A DNA stretch of 64,000 nt. It comes from Candidatus Latescibacterota bacterium. GTDB taxonomy: Bacteria; Latescibacterota; UBA2968; UBA8231. The notes below the pieces were generated by a model. It saw only the letters and a list, made by a program, of their open reading frames with translations. It did not search any database and had not been told where the DNA came from. How positions within the stretch are numbered: the first letter of the stretch is position 1; the number at the start of each line of letters is the position of its first letter. Shown in pieces: positions 46,649 through 57,066 of the stretch. The stretch is taken from positions 256,001 through 320,000 of the forward strand of contig CBDFJF010000002.1 in the NCBI GenBank assembly GCA_965248265.1, read 5' to 3'. A program made the position numbers and the translations under genes.

Positions 46649-48853
46649 ATGGTCTATCGAGTAGGCATTATTGGCGGCGGGCGCATGGGAACCCATCACG
46701 CCCGCGCGTACACACTAAATTCGGCAACGGAGATCGTAGCCGTCGCCGATACCGATGAAGAGAACCGGGAGTTGTTCGCAGGCCGTTTCCAGGCCCGGCC
46801 GTACGCCGGCTATGAACAGATGCTGGGGGCCGAGAATCCCGACATCGTGGGAGTGGTTCTGCCCGTTCGGGCCAACGCCGCCGCCGTCGTGGCCGCCGCT
46901 GAATCCGGTGCCAGGGCCGTCTTCTGTGAGAAGCCGATGACGGCGCGCCTGTCGGACGCCGACGCCATGGTTGAGGCCTGCGAGCGCAACGGCGCCGCCT
47001 TTGCCGCCGGAGTGATCCCTCGCAACTATCCTGAGTACTGGAAGGCCCGTGACATGGTCGACGCTGGTGAAATCGGCGAGATCACTGGTATCAATGTCTA
47101 CGACCCGAACGGACAGGGTGGCTGTCACGGCATCAACCTGGCGCTCATGTTCGCGCAGGACGCCGATGTCGAGTGGGTGGTGGGCTCGGTTGGGGGTGAT
47201 CCGCACAGTGACGAGGACGGTGACGGGGCGCTGCAGGGCGTTGGCGGGTACTTCCGATTCGCCAGCGGCATCGAGGTCTTCTGCCATACAGCGGCGGGTG
47301 TGCGTACCCGGGCCGGCGAGTCGGGTCAGGGAATCGAGGTCGTCGGCACTGGTGGGTTGATCTGGAACGACTTCGACGGACTCCACATCGCCAAGGCTCA
47401 GGTTGACTACGATCCAGGCGAGCGCTCTCAACTCACAGAGATCGAGGGCGTTTTTGAGGATACTCGCAACCTTGCCGACCGCGGCTACGACGCCGACGGC
47501 TGGCGGCTCCCGACCCCGGGCATGATGGCCAGCGTTCAGGCGCTGGTGGATGCACTGGAGGCCGGCACCACGCCCCGCATGAGCACGGGCCAGAGTCTTC
47601 GCAGGGCCCTGGAGATCTGCATCGCACTGCGCGAATCGGCTCGCCGTGACCACGAGACAATCAAGTTTCCACTAGAGGACCGCAGTCTCGTAATGTACCC
47701 GGTGCCCTCTCGCTGGAACTTCAAGAAGGAGATACACGGACGGGAGAGCTACATGCAGGTCGATCGCGACATCGTCCACCAGATCGCTTTCGACTGCGCC
47801 AGGAGTCGTGGCCAGTCGCTGGAGCCGAAGTCCGTTGACGATCTCGTTCACGACTTGAGGGATGTGGCCAGGTTCCGTGTTGCCCAGGAGTCGAGGAGTG
47901 AGGAGCTGATCGATCAGTTGGTGAAGGCGGGTCTGCCCGGTATCGTCGCGTTCTACGATGCTGTCGCTGACGAACACGCAATGGGCAAGGCCTACATTAC
48001 CTCCCTGGATGCTGTTGATCTGGTCGACGAGTTCAGGGCCAAGATCCAGGAGTTGTCGGGGACGGGGCCTTCCGGTGTTCCCAACAGTGTCAGCAACGAC
48101 GTGCGTGACTATCTGGGTGCACGGTTGCTGCGCCAGCTCAATGCCGAGTACGAGGGCTTCATGGATTTGCCCAAACGCGAGCGTCTCGAGGGTCGCTACT
48201 TCCTGCGCACCCTCATTCTGAAAGCGCTTGAGCTGGCGCGGCCGGATCTGGACGAGGCAACCCGCGAAGAGATGGTTGAACCGCCGCCGCGAGATGTCGG
48301 ACCGGTACATCATGTCAGAAAACTGGCTGACGTTGCCGAGAGTGTGCTGCGCCGGTTGCCCCCTGACCGCGAGCCGGAACTGCTGTTCGACATCCTTCGT
48401 AAAATGGATCTGCATCCCGAGTACTATGATTTGCTGTTGCCTCAAGCCCGTGAGCTGCGCCAGGATGAAGAGCTAGATTGGGGCGATAACGAGCGCGCCT
48501 TCCTCAGTGATCTACGGGCAGTGGTACCTGAGAACGCCCATGCTGTCAGCTCCGATCCGGCCGGTGTCCGCGCCCGGTTGAACCGGTTCGACTACATGCA
48601 ACGTCATGCCCCCGATGACCCTGAGCTGGTGGAACTGCTGGTCGGCGTGCTGATTCGCCTCGACCGTCACAACGACTACGAGCAGTTGGTCGAACGGGTG
48701 ATATCGGCGGGCGAGGCAGCCATTCCCGAACTGACGGAACTGGTCACGCAGATCGACGACGTCGAGACCTATCGCCTGCGCATCCGCGACGGTGCTGCCA
48801 GAGCGCTCAAGGCCGTGCGGCACGGCGCGCAGACAGCAGCGCTCACCCAATGA
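46649..48853 (+). CDS. Gfo/Idh/MocA oxidoreductase fused to an unrelated ~360-aa helical domain
   Basis: RVGIIGGGRMGTHH, FCEKP in the first ~370 aa; the remainder is helical and ends in a HEAT-like repeat (GEAAIPELTEL…RDGAARAL). Confidence 0.72.
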   Translation: MVYRVGIIGGGRMGTHHARAYTLNSATEIVAVADTDEENRELFAGRFQARPYAGYEQMLGAENPDIVGVVLPVRANAAAVVAAAESGARAVFCEKPMTARLSDADAMVEACERNGAAFAAGVIPRNYPEYWKARDMVDAGEIGEITGINVYDPNGQGGCHGINLALMFAQDADVEWVVGSVGGDPHSDEDGDGALQGVGGYFRFASGIEVFCHTAAGVRTRAGESGQGIEVVGTGGLIWNDFDGLHIAKAQVDYDPGERSQLTEIEGVFEDTRNLADRGYDADGWRLPTPGMMASVQALVDALEAGTTPRMSTGQSLRRALEICIALRESARRDHETIKFPLEDRSLVMYPVPSRWNFKKEIHGRESYMQVDRDIVHQIAFDCARSRGQSLEPKSVDDLVHDLRDVARFRVAQESRSEELIDQLVKAGLPGIVAFYDAVADEHAMGKAYITSLDAVDLVDEFRAKIQELSGTGPSGVPNSVSNDVRDYLGARLLRQLNAEYEGFMDLPKRERLEGRYFLRTLILKALELARPDLDEATREEMVEPPPRDVGPVHHVRKLADVAESVLRRLPPDREPELLFDILRKMDLHPEYYDLLLPQARELRQDEELDWGDNERAFLSDLRAVVPENAHAVSSDPAGVRARLNRFDYMQRHAPDDPELVELLVGVLIRLDRHNDYEQLVERVISAGEAAIPELTELVTQIDDVETYRLRIRDGAARALKAVRHGAQTAALTQ

Positions 48854-51135
48854 CATCATCCACCATCGACACCCGTCGCCTGCTGGAGACGGTTTCAGCG
48901 GACGAGGCTGAAATCACCGAGGCGATCACTTCTCAGCTGGAGCCAGAGGAGCAAGTGCTCATCCGCGTGTTCTCTGATCTGGCTCCGGACTTCCGCTTCG
49001 CGGCGCAATGGATGGCGGTAACCAATCGACGGGTGCTGATCGCCGGTGATGATAGCGTTCCGACGGACAACGCGACTGCTTCGCCAGTTACTACCATTGC
49101 CCTGAATGATTTGAGCGCCGTCCGCGCCGAGGCTCTGGTTGGTGGAGGACGGCTGGAGCTGGAACACAAGAGCGGGCCGGCACTGTACCTGCCTTACAGC
49201 AGCTCCCTGGCGGTCAAATTCTCCGAGGTCGCGCGCGGACTCGAGCAGCTTCGCAAGGGCGAGCCGTTGCAGATCAACACCGAGCGCGATCGCCTGCGCT
49301 GCGACAAGTGCGGTCGTCTGCTGCCCGAAAAGAATGGTCTGTGTCCGGCATGCGTGAAGCGTCTACGCACCCTGGGGCGCATCGTCTCCTACATGAAGCC
49401 ACACAAATGGCGGGCGGCCGCGCTGGCCCTGGCTTCGGTGGCTACGACGCTGGCCGAGCTCGCGCCGCCGCTCATTCACCGACGACTGGTCGACGATGTG
49501 CTGGTCCCTGTGGAGGGCGCGGTGAGTACAGTCGACGAGCGTATTGTCTTGCTTGGGTGGCTGATACTGACGCTGGTCGGCGTGCGTGTGCTGAGCTGGA
49601 TCGCCGAGCTGGCTCACGGTTGGGTTGTTACTTGGCTGAGCGCGCGAGTAACCGCGGATATCCGCGCCGAGCTTTACCGGCGGCTTGAGCTGCTATCTCT
49701 GCAGTTCTACGACAAGCGCCACGTAGGTGCGCTGATCTCGAGAATCACCCGTGACGCCGGCATGCTGCAGGAATTTCTCATCGATGGCCTGCCCTACCTG
49801 ATCATCAATGCACTGATGATCCTCGGTATTCTCGTGTTCATGTTCACGATGAGCTGGCAGGTGACACTGTATATACTGATCCCGGTGCCGCTGTTGCTTG
49901 GTTGGAGTGCGCTGTTCTGGCGTCGCATGCGGCGGATTTTCCACCACTACAGCCAGGGCTGGTCGTCGCTGGGCTCCCGACTGAACGAGGCCTTGAACGG
50001 CATTCGCGTGGTCAAGGCGTTTTCCCAGGAGCACAGGGAAGTCACAGCCTTTGAAGAGAAAAACGACAAGCTGGCGCGTGTCTCCAGGCGCGCGGCACGC
50101 AACTGGTGGGTGCTGTGGACGATCATGGGCATGATGTCGGCGTTCGGCATGTTCATCATCTGGCTGGCAGGGGGCATGCAAGTGCTGGATGGGACCATCA
50201 CAATTGGCACGTTGCTGGCGTTGTACTCCTACATGTGGCTCGTTTACGGCCCGATGGAATGGTTCGCCAAGGTGAACTCGTGGATGACGCGGGCTTTCGC
50301 CGGGGCCGAACGGATCTTCGAGATCATCGACACCCCGCCCGAGTCCTACGAAGACCCGGATGCCGTGGCCATGCCGAAGATGGATGGGCGCGTCGTCTTC
50401 ACCGAGGTCACCTTCGGCTACGACAAGAGCAAGCCGGTGTTGCACGAGGTCACTCTCGACGTGGCTCCGGGAGAGATGATCGGCCTCGTCGGCAAGTCCG
50501 GGGTTGGGAAGACGACGACGGTAAACCTGGTGTCCCGATTCTACGATGTGGACCATGGCTCGATCTCCATCGACGGCGTCGACATCAGGAAGATCAAGCT
50601 GGAGGATCTGCGACGACAGATAGGCGCCGTGCCACAGGAACCGGTGTTGTTCAGCGGCAGCATCGCCGAGAATATCAGCTATGGAAACCCAGAGGCCTCG
50701 TTGCCGGAAGTCATGGAGGCGGCCCGCGGCGCCAACGCCCACAATTTCATTGTTGGTAAACCCGACGGCTATGACACGCACGTGGGAGAGCGGGGCTCCG
50801 GGTTGTCTGGAGGAGAGAAGCAGCGCATCGCCATCGCCCGGGCGATTCTGCACGATCCAGCCATACTGATCCTCGACGAGGCGACCTCATCGGTTGATGT
50901 GGAAACCGAGAGGCAAATCCAAGAATCGCTGGCTCACCTCGTTGCCGGACGTACGACCTTCGCCATCGCTCACCGCCTCTCTACCCTGCGCAATGCCGAC
51001 CGCCTGGTGGTCCTCGAAGGTGGCAGGATAGTGGAGGTCGGCAGTCACGACGAGTTGACGCAGAGCAAGGGGGCCTTCTACGAGCTGGTGCAGATGCAGG
51101 AAGCCGTGTCGCAGATCATCGCGGTGAAGGAGTGA
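48850..51135 (+). CDS. ABC exporter (TMD+NBD) with N-terminal PH-like domain and Cys4 zinc ribbon
   Basis: CDKCGRLLPEKNGLCPAC before the TMD; GKSGVGKT, LSGGEKQR, ILDEATS, IAHRLST. Confidence 0.9.
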   Translation: MTSSTIDTRRLLETVSADEAEITEAITSQLEPEEQVLIRVFSDLAPDFRFAAQWMAVTNRRVLIAGDDSVPTDNATASPVTTIALNDLSAVRAEALVGGGRLELEHKSGPALYLPYSSSLAVKFSEVARGLEQLRKGEPLQINTERDRLRCDKCGRLLPEKNGLCPACVKRLRTLGRIVSYMKPHKWRAAALALASVATTLAELAPPLIHRRLVDDVLVPVEGAVSTVDERIVLLGWLILTLVGVRVLSWIAELAHGWVVTWLSARVTADIRAELYRRLELLSLQFYDKRHVGALISRITRDAGMLQEFLIDGLPYLIINALMILGILVFMFTMSWQVTLYILIPVPLLLGWSALFWRRMRRIFHHYSQGWSSLGSRLNEALNGIRVVKAFSQEHREVTAFEEKNDKLARVSRRAARNWWVLWTIMGMMSAFGMFIIWLAGGMQVLDGTITIGTLLALYSYMWLVYGPMEWFAKVNSWMTRAFAGAERIFEIIDTPPESYEDPDAVAMPKMDGRVVFTEVTFGYDKSKPVLHEVTLDVAPGEMIGLVGKSGVGKTTTVNLVSRFYDVDHGSISIDGVDIRKIKLEDLRRQIGAVPQEPVLFSGSIAENISYGNPEASLPEVMEAARGANAHNFIVGKPDGYDTHVGERGSGLSGGEKQRIAIARAILHDPAILILDEATSSVDVETERQIQESLAHLVAGRTTFAIAHRLSTLRNADRLVVLEGGRIVEVGSHDELTQSKGAFYELVQMQEAVSQIIAVKE

Positions 51136-51142
51136 GCCGCAG

Positions 51143-53386
51143 ATGACGGATGTTTTTAGAGAGCAGGCACCGTCAGCCGTTCAAGCGCTGGTAAAGGAAC
51201 GCATCTCATCGAGGGAGTCGGTGCAATTGTGTGTGGCGACGGACATGGCGGATGAGTTCACGTTCGGTGAGCAGTGGTTGATCGTGACCGACCAACGTGT
51301 TCTGCTGGCGCCATTGCCTGGTACCGACGGTGTGCAACTCGTCGAGTTGGCCATATCCGATGTGGGCGAAGTCCGAAGCGTGGAACTGGTCGGAGGCTCC
51401 CGTCTGGAGATCGACAGGCCGCACACGGCTCCGTTGAGCATATGCTATTCGAGTTCGCAGGTAGCCAAGTTCACGGAAGTGGCTGGTGCCCTGAGGCAGC
51501 TGGCAGCCGGCGACGAACTGTCGTTGCCGACCACACTCGAGCGCCGCACTTGCGAGCGCTGTGGGCGTCTGCTTCCAGAGAAGGACGGCTTGTGTCCTTT
51601 CTGCATTCGCAAATGGGACACCATCAAACGCATCGCCGGGTTTCTTCTGCCCTATCGGACAAAGACCATCGCCTTCATGCTGTCGTCTTTGATCCTGACG
51701 CTGATGAACCTGGTGCCTCCGTACATCGTCAAGCGCATCATCGACGATGTGCTGACGCCACCGACAGCCGGCGTGGAGCTGTTGCTGTTGCTGGCTGGCT
51801 CCTTGCTATCCCTGAAGTTTGTGTCTTTTGGACTGAATATCGTAGACGGCTTCATCCGCGCTGACCTGTCCGCGTACACGACGCGTGACATCCGCTCCCA
51901 GCTGTACCAGAAGTTGCAGTTCCTGCCGGTGAGGTTCTACGACAGGCGCAAGGTCGGTAGTCTGATGTCACGGTTCATGAACGACGCCGATCGCCTGGAG
52001 ATGTTCCTGCTGTTCGCCATTCCGTTTGTGTTCAACAACGCGGTCATGGTCATCGGCATCACGGCGTTGCTGTTCTACCTGAACTGGCAGTTGACGATCT
52101 ACGTTCTGCTTCCGGTACCCCTCCTCATCGCCGCCGGCTGGAGGAAATGGGGCACCCTGCGACGGCTGTACAATCGCTGGCACGCCAAGTGGTCACGGCT
52201 CAACAGCCATGTCAACGAATCGATCTCGGGAATCCGTGTGGTCAAGGCGTTTGCTCAGGAAGACCGCGAGGAGCGTCGTTTTCTGGAGCGCAACGATGAG
52301 CTCCGGGATGTCGCGGTAACGAGCGAGCGCACCTGGTTCATCTTCTCGGCGATCCTGAATTTCCTGACCAGTTTCGGGTTGTTCTTTGTCTGGTACTTCG
52401 GCGGGCGTCAGATCCTGGATGAGGAGTTGACGCTGGGCGAACTGATGGCGTTCGTCAGTTACATATGGATGCTCTATGGCCCGTTGCAGTTTTTTAGTAA
52501 CGCGGCCAACATGCTGACACGCTCTTTTGCCGCGGCCGAGCGCATCTTCGAGATCATCGACCAGCCTCCAGAGTCGTTCGAAAACCCGGATGCCATCGCC
52601 ATGCCGCGGCTGAACGGTGCCGTCCGTTTTACCGATGCACACTTTGGCTACGATCCGGGCAAGCCAGTGCTAAAAGGCATCGATCTGGAGGTCGAGCCCG
52701 GCGAGATGATCGGCCTTGTTGGGAAATCAGGGGTGGGCAAGAGCACGCTGATCAACCTGATCTGCCGCTTTTACGACGTGGATCGCGGCGTGTTGCGCAT
52801 AGATGGGGAAGACATTCGCGACATCAAGCTCACTGACCTGCGCACTCAGATCGGCATGGTCTCCCAGGAGTCGTTTCTGTTCAACGGCAGCCTATCAGAT
52901 AACATCAGTTACGGTAAACCCGGGGCGACGTTCGATGACATCGTGCGAGCAGCCAGGGCGGCCAACGCCCACGAGTTCATCATCGCCAAGCCGGATGGCT
53001 ACGACACCCTGGCCGGGGAGCGCGGCGGCAAGTTGTCGGGAGGAGAGAAACAGCGCATATCGATCGCCCGGGCCATTCTGCACGATCCGAGGATTCTGAT
53101 TCTGGATGAAGCGACCTCGTCGGTCGATACTCCGACCGAGAAGAAGCTCCAGGAGGCCATCGCACGGTTGGTGGAGGGGAGGACGACCTTCGCCATCGCC
53201 CATCGACTGTCGACTCTGCGCAGTGCCGACCGGCTGGTTGTGTTGGATGAGGGCAAGATCGTGGAGATAGGCACGCACGAAGAGCTGATGGCACGCGAAG
53301 GGATCTTCTACCGGCTGGTCAAGACTCAACAAGACACGACTGCCGTGATGGCTGTGGGTGGCGGCAAGGACGATGTCAACAAGTGA
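51143..53386 (+). CDS. ABC exporter (TMD+NBD) with N-terminal PH-like domain and Cys4 zinc ribbon (tandem paralog)
   Basis: CERCGRLLPEKDGLCPFC; GKSGVGKS, LSGGEKQR, ILDEATS, IAHRLST. Confidence 0.9.
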   Translation: MTDVFREQAPSAVQALVKERISSRESVQLCVATDMADEFTFGEQWLIVTDQRVLLAPLPGTDGVQLVELAISDVGEVRSVELVGGSRLEIDRPHTAPLSICYSSSQVAKFTEVAGALRQLAAGDELSLPTTLERRTCERCGRLLPEKDGLCPFCIRKWDTIKRIAGFLLPYRTKTIAFMLSSLILTLMNLVPPYIVKRIIDDVLTPPTAGVELLLLLAGSLLSLKFVSFGLNIVDGFIRADLSAYTTRDIRSQLYQKLQFLPVRFYDRRKVGSLMSRFMNDADRLEMFLLFAIPFVFNNAVMVIGITALLFYLNWQLTIYVLLPVPLLIAAGWRKWGTLRRLYNRWHAKWSRLNSHVNESISGIRVVKAFAQEDREERRFLERNDELRDVAVTSERTWFIFSAILNFLTSFGLFFVWYFGGRQILDEELTLGELMAFVSYIWMLYGPLQFFSNAANMLTRSFAAAERIFEIIDQPPESFENPDAIAMPRLNGAVRFTDAHFGYDPGKPVLKGIDLEVEPGEMIGLVGKSGVGKSTLINLICRFYDVDRGVLRIDGEDIRDIKLTDLRTQIGMVSQESFLFNGSLSDNISYGKPGATFDDIVRAARAANAHEFIIAKPDGYDTLAGERGGKLSGGEKQRISIARAILHDPRILILDEATSSVDTPTEKKLQEAIARLVEGRTTFAIAHRLSTLRSADRLVVLDEGKIVEIGTHEELMAREGIFYRLVKTQQDTTAVMAVGGGKDDVNK

Positions 53387-53399
53387 GAGTGGGGGGAGT

Positions 53400-56102
53400 C
53401 TACAGCTTTCGCACCACTTCCGCTGTCAGCGCCGCATCGATTCTCTCCCTCACCTCACTCAAGTGCGCGCTGGTGTAGGCGTCGAGATAGGGTTGTTTGA
53501 GCCTCGGTTTGATTTCGTCGGCCAGGGCCTTGAGGTCAGCGCGCGCGAGTGAGCGAGCGTCTTCGGGCCTTGTTCCCGGCGTCAGTGCCAGTTTCAGCAA
53601 GTGTTTGAGGTGCTCGCGTTGCAGGTTGCGGCGGAAGCCGTTGATGGACGCACCCGTCTCCAGCTCCGCCCAGATCGCCTGGCGCAATCCTGAGAACAGC
53701 TCCGGCATGGTGAACGGATTCTCCGTCTCGTAGCGCAGTTCGAGGTCCTGAAGACGGCTGAGCGTGGTAGTATCGTAGAGGCGGGCCAGGGGTGCGCGTT
53801 GTATGGCGAGCACATAGTCGTGAACCGGGAAATCGATGCGGCGGACCTTCCAGATTCTGTTTGTGAAATCCCACTGGCGCTCAGGTCCCAGCTTGTTGAG
53901 CAGCTGGGGCGACCAGTGGAAGGCGTCAGGACCGAAGATGTGCTCAACCAGAAATTCCAGGGCCTCGCGCTGACGGGTGGCGGCTACGGGAACCAGAGGT
54001 ATGCGGCCTTTGGGGTCGCCGACGTGATCACGATGGTGGTAGATGCCACCGATGTAGCGGGCGACGTTGCCGCCGCCAGTCCAGTAGGGTCTGAAACCAT
54101 ATCCGAAGACGCGACGCAACTTCTGGTAACGCTCTCCCTTGTTCTCGAACTCGCTTTCGATTCTGTTCCAAAGCTCCGCCGACACGTACACGAGGTTAGT
54201 GTAATGTTCGATGGCGTCGTCACCGAGGTCCCAGCGAGCCGCGGTCGGGTCGATGCCGCGCGTCGACCAGAAGGCGTCTTCGTCGGTTCCGTAGGGTAAA
54301 TCGGGATCGGCCACTTTGGAGGCGATCTTGTTCAGTTGGGCTCGCTCGCTCGCCGGGTTGTCGGCAGCAATCGGACTGTAGCCGTATTCAATCGCCCAAT
54401 GGTCGTAGGGCCCCAGGGCGGTCTGGTAGTACTGGCCCTGCTCCACACCCTGGGGAGCGATGTTGACGGGATTGTAATCCATGACCGAGCTGGAGAGGCC
54501 CTCTTTTGCCGAGACCTCAAGATCGTGTAGCTCTTCAGTTGCATGGATGGTGCTGGCCTTGAAGTTATGGCGTAGTCCGAGTGTGTGTCCGACCTCGTGC
54601 GCTACCACCATGACGATGAACTGGTGGATGAATTGCTCAGCGTCCGCCTCGAGTGCAGCTCCAGACGAGCGTGCCTCCAGCACATGCCAGCCGAATGCGG
54701 CCTCCTGAACCAACCCAGCCGCCATGTCGCAATATCCGTCTGCATGGCGATTACCCAAGCCCAGTGCCTGGGCGATCGAGTCGCCGACGGCAACGGTCCC
54801 TACCGGGCCGACGTACTCCTCGAATTGTAGATAGAGATAGCGGATGATGTCGGCGCTGATGCGTATGTCGGCGTCGAAGATTTCGCCGGTAAAGGGGTTG
54901 GTCCTCGAAGGTCCTACGGCATAGCCGGCGCCCGGACGGACCATCCAGCGAATGGTGCTGTAGCGGACATCGGCCGCGTCCCAATCGGCGTCATCGGGTT
55001 GGTCCTTGACCTGGATGGCGTCTTTGAAGCCGACGCGCTCGAAGGCCGTGTTCCAGACAAGCACTCCCTCTCGGACGGACTCGCGGTATTCGACGGGGAT
55101 CGAATTCTCTAACCAGAATACGATCGGCTCCTGCGGCGCCGACAGCTTGAACTTTGGCTCCGCCTTCTCCAGGTGCCAGCGATTGATGTTGTGGACATAC
55201 GGGTCCTCGCGCAGCACTGAGGTGTAGTCCTGGTACGCGGTCGTGAAGTAACCGACGCGGTCGTCGGCCAGGCGGGGTTTGAAGTCGGATTCGGGCAACT
55301 CGCACAGGCTGTAATGGTAGGTGTGCTGAAAACTGCGGTAATCCGGCAGGGTGTAGGCGTTTACCTTTGGTGCATCCGTGTGAAAGTGCAGGACGACATC
55401 GATCTCGGTGTTGCCGGGAAAATTGGTCAGCGTGCCGAAGTAGCTGTTGTCGCTATCAAAATTGTAGGTGACCGATTTTATGTGTTCGCTGAAGAGGTAG
55501 CCGATGAGGGCGATGTCCTGGATGAAGAGCGAACTCGGATCGACCAGCACGGCGCCCGTCTCGGGATGGGGTTGTCCTTCTATCGTGACGGTGCCGAGGA
55601 TGGAGTCGGAGACACCGCGGTCGACGGCGCGATGGATGGCGGCGTCCTCGTCAGCGCGGAAGTAGACGTTCTTGTGTTTGAAGAAGATTTTCTTGCCGAT
55701 TTTCTCGAACACGATCGGGAAAGTTCCCCAACCTCGTCCACGGGGGTGGATGAGTGACGCTGAGTCGAAGAAAAACCCGTCCCCCTGGGTGCGGGTGACG
55801 TTACATAGATAGATCTGATCGAGCTGGTCGGGACGGATGGCGAGGTAGACCTTGTTGTCCTCTTCGTCGCGGTAGAGATCAAACAGGCCTGCAATCTTAT
55901 CGAAGTCCTCGATGACTTCATCGAATTCCGGGTCTTTGTCCTCGTCTTCTTCCTCCTCCTCCTCCTCTGCTTCTACCTCTTCGGATTCAGTGGAGTCTTC
56001 CACGGCCTCTTCATCATGCGCGGTACTCCCCGACAGTGGAGCTGCGTCAAGGGTTGAGGCGAGGAACAAGAGTGCGATGAGTGCGCTGAGTGGAAACAGC
56101 AT
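53400..56102 (-). CDS. Secreted zinc-dependent metalloprotease (metzincin; DUF5117/DUF4953-type architecture)
   Basis: Signal peptide, poly-Glu linker, PRLADDRVGYF, NPFTGEIFDADI, HEVGHTLGLRHNF, SSVMDY Met-turn. Confidence 0.9.
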   Translation of the reverse strand: MLFPLSALIALLFLASTLDAAPLSGSTAHDEEAVEDSTESEEVEAEEEEEEEDEDKDPEFDEVIEDFDKIAGLFDLYRDEEDNKVYLAIRPDQLDQIYLCNVTRTQGDGFFFDSASLIHPRGRGWGTFPIVFEKIGKKIFFKHKNVYFRADEDAAIHRAVDRGVSDSILGTVTIEGQPHPETGAVLVDPSSLFIQDIALIGYLFSEHIKSVTYNFDSDNSYFGTLTNFPGNTEIDVVLHFHTDAPKVNAYTLPDYRSFQHTYHYSLCELPESDFKPRLADDRVGYFTTAYQDYTSVLREDPYVHNINRWHLEKAEPKFKLSAPQEPIVFWLENSIPVEYRESVREGVLVWNTAFERVGFKDAIQVKDQPDDADWDAADVRYSTIRWMVRPGAGYAVGPSRTNPFTGEIFDADIRISADIIRYLYLQFEEYVGPVGTVAVGDSIAQALGLGNRHADGYCDMAAGLVQEAAFGWHVLEARSSGAALEADAEQFIHQFIVMVVAHEVGHTLGLRHNFKASTIHATEELHDLEVSAKEGLSSSVMDYNPVNIAPQGVEQGQYYQTALGPYDHWAIEYGYSPIAADNPASERAQLNKIASKVADPDLPYGTDEDAFWSTRGIDPTAARWDLGDDAIEHYTNLVYVSAELWNRIESEFENKGERYQKLRRVFGYGFRPYWTGGGNVARYIGGIYHHRDHVGDPKGRIPLVPVAATRQREALEFLVEHIFGPDAFHWSPQLLNKLGPERQWDFTNRIWKVRRIDFPVHDYVLAIQRAPLARLYDTTTLSRLQDLELRYETENPFTMPELFSGLRQAIWAELETGASINGFRRNLQREHLKHLLKLALTPGTRPEDARSLARADLKALADEIKPRLKQPYLDAYTSAHLSEVRERIDAALTAEVVRKL

Positions 56103-56249
56103 ATGGGTTCTCCCTCTGGTCTCGACACGGGGTCGCGATCCATCGTGTACCGCTTGGTCTGGACCGCATCTCATACTATGCTAATGGCAAGGAAGGTAAT
56201 ATGAGGACAATGGAGGCTGCCATCATCAAGATCGAACTGGCCGGGGAGG

Positions 56250-57044
56250 ATGACTGATGCTCATATGCTGAGTGCGCAACAGGTAAACCACTTCGAGGCC
56301 TTCGGATTCCTGCTGTTGCGGGAGCTGTATTCGCCTGAGGAGATGGCTAAGCTCAGCCGCGAGGTTGCCGTGTTGATGGAAACGCAGCCGGCCAAGCGCG
56401 ACGGTCCCAACTTCTGGTCGCTATCGCCCTTCATCGAGCATTCTACCAGGCTGATCGATCTGCCTGTCGACGATCGCATTTACCAGCCGATGGAGCAGCT
56501 GCTGGGCAGCGGTTTTACCTGGGGTGGTTCAGAGGGTGTGTCTGGAAGCTTCAACGAGACCAACGATCACCAATGGCACAGCGACCGCGGCGGTCAGATC
56601 GATCTAGCCTACCGGCGCATCAAGATCATGATATACCTGCAGTCGGTGAGACAAGAGACAGGAGCGTTGCGCGTCATTCCCGGGTCGCATCATGCGCCGT
56701 TTCACACCATGCTGCTGCCGCTTCAGGAGCAGAAGCAGGAAACGAGTCCCAGTGCCTTCGGAGCTGCAGGCTGCGACTTGCCCTGCACGACTCTGGAGGT
56801 TGACCCTGGAGATGTCGTCGTCTTCGACCACTACCTGTTTCATGCTGTCTATGGCAAGCAGGAAACGCGGCGATACGTGGCCCTGAAGTTTGCCGCCAAG
56901 CCCGAAACAGAGGTGCACTACGAGGCCCTGCGAGCACACTCGCAGGACGCATCACGGTTACACGAGCTCCTGCGGCACAGCCAACACCCGCGTATGAAGG
57001 GCATGGTAGAAGGATTGCTGCACTGGGAAACGAAGCTCGGTTAA
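56250..57044 (+). CDS. PhyH-family Fe(II)/2OG dioxygenase
   Basis: HFEAFGFLLLREL, WHSD (HxD), GALRVIPGSH, PGDVVVFDHYLFHAV…RR. Confidence 0.87.
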   Translation: MTDAHMLSAQQVNHFEAFGFLLLRELYSPEEMAKLSREVAVLMETQPAKRDGPNFWSLSPFIEHSTRLIDLPVDDRIYQPMEQLLGSGFTWGGSEGVSGSFNETNDHQWHSDRGGQIDLAYRRIKIMIYLQSVRQETGALRVIPGSHHAPFHTMLLPLQEQKQETSPSAFGAAGCDLPCTTLEVDPGDVVVFDHYLFHAVYGKQETRRYVALKFAAKPETEVHYEALRAHSQDASRLHELLRHSQHPRMKGMVEGLLHWETKLG

Positions 57045-57066
57045 GTAGACCCCCGGGTCCTCAGAG

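Noticed and set aside
55930-55990. (TCC)n/(TCT)n low-complexity run as a contingency repeat
   Set aside because: Encodes the in-frame poly-Glu linker of the metalloprotease using mixed codons.
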